Source: Eledone cirrhosa
Taxonomy: Eukaryota
DNA: 64,000 nt
Reading direction: 5' to 3'
Assembly (NCBI GenBank): GCA_964016885.1
Contig: OZ024762.1
Coordinates: 24,986,001 to 25,050,000 of the forward strand
Shown here: piece by piece, positions 63,000 through 64,000 of the stretch
Numbering within the stretch: the first letter of the stretch is position 1
Layout of the letters: every line of letters starts with the position of its first letter
Translations under genes and position numbers: made by a program
The notes under the pieces: model-generated
What the model was told of the DNA's origin: nothing
The model's input: the letters and a program-made list of their open reading frames with translations, nothing else
Databases searched by the model: none

Positions 63000-63148
63000 G
63001 ATTTTGCCTGAAGATTTCGTACGAATAAAAGAGTTCTAGTCCTGTAGAAGACATTTCTATAATGAAATTAATATACCTCTACTCTACTAATGTATTGAGT
63101 ATCTTTTTTTAAGCAGTGGTCACCTCCCGATGTGCATCGGGGTTCCCT
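63000..63148 (+). mobile_element. Degenerate family C copy (decayed hammerhead and tail)
   Basis: cctgaagatttcgtacgaataaaagagttctagtcctgtagaa, then tactctactaatgtattgagta. Confidence 0.6.
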
Positions 63149-63781
63149 TATTTATATTATATGTGTGGATGGGAAAGGGGGTTTCGCTTTCTCTCTCTCT
63201 CATACTCCCAATTTTCTATGTGTGTGCCACATATGTTATAACCTCTAATGTATACCAGTCACAGGAAGTTCAGGGATTTCGTGATTAATGCAATCATCAT
63301 ACATGTTTATGTACGAAAAACCTTCGGTCTTAATTCTTTAGCATTACTCCATAGCGACACAGACTGAATGCTTATGGCGGGAGCGGAACTATTTGAATTC
63401 TGTCTCCTACCGTCATGTACATTTCTGAACCAATTGCTAATCAGTTGACGGCATTGTGATGAATCATAGGGATTTCAGTTGTTGAGGTTTTATTGTGTTG
63501 GGCCGTAACGTTCACTGTCATAGCCGACACGGACTGGAATCGAATTCTGTCGATCGATTGGTTACTGATTAGGCAGTGGATGCAGTGGATGCTGTGCAGT
63601 TTCTTGGTGCAATAAATGTGGCCGAAACTCGAGTACGAGTATAGATTGGAGGAACCCATTTACGTGTGTTGTATTGAAGCAAATAACTATGTGTATATTC
63701 TGTGATTTTACATAACATTACCTATTGAGTACACTGAGATGCAACCGGTACTAACAGGGAAACTCATGCTAGACCCGTCAA

Positions 63782-64000
<219 letters not shown>

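Noticed and set aside
63441-63659. GC-richer 72 aa ORF as a possible host exon
   Set aside because: No recognisable protein motif in any frame. Cannot be supported without a database or RNA-seq search.

Overview
Eukaryotic, very AT-rich, microsatellite-saturated non-genic DNA. It most resembles an octopod cephalopod genome, inferred from SINE type and repeat content. I can support no host protein-coding gene, and almost all short ORFs in the track are translations of (TA)n/(CA)n/(GA)n/(AAT)n/(ATCT)n tracts. The recognisable content is retroelements: Tx1/L1-clade LINEs in (ATCT)n, an R4/Dong-type RLE LINE, many tRNA-derived SINEs in (AAT)n, RTE 3' ends, and four Penelope-like (RT and/or GIY-YIG) relics. 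The main signal is about 20 type I hammerhead ribozyme motifs, read by eye and not counting mirror copies. Most sit in small non-coding asymmetric fold-back (inverted-repeat plus one-sided tail) elements inserted in (TA)n, from several families. Five of these families share a co-varying bulged stem-loop 20-55 nt downstream of the cleavage site. This looks like a Penelope-driven, (TA)n-targeting, ribozyme-bearing hairpin retroelement system. All coordinates were read by eye and are approximate.
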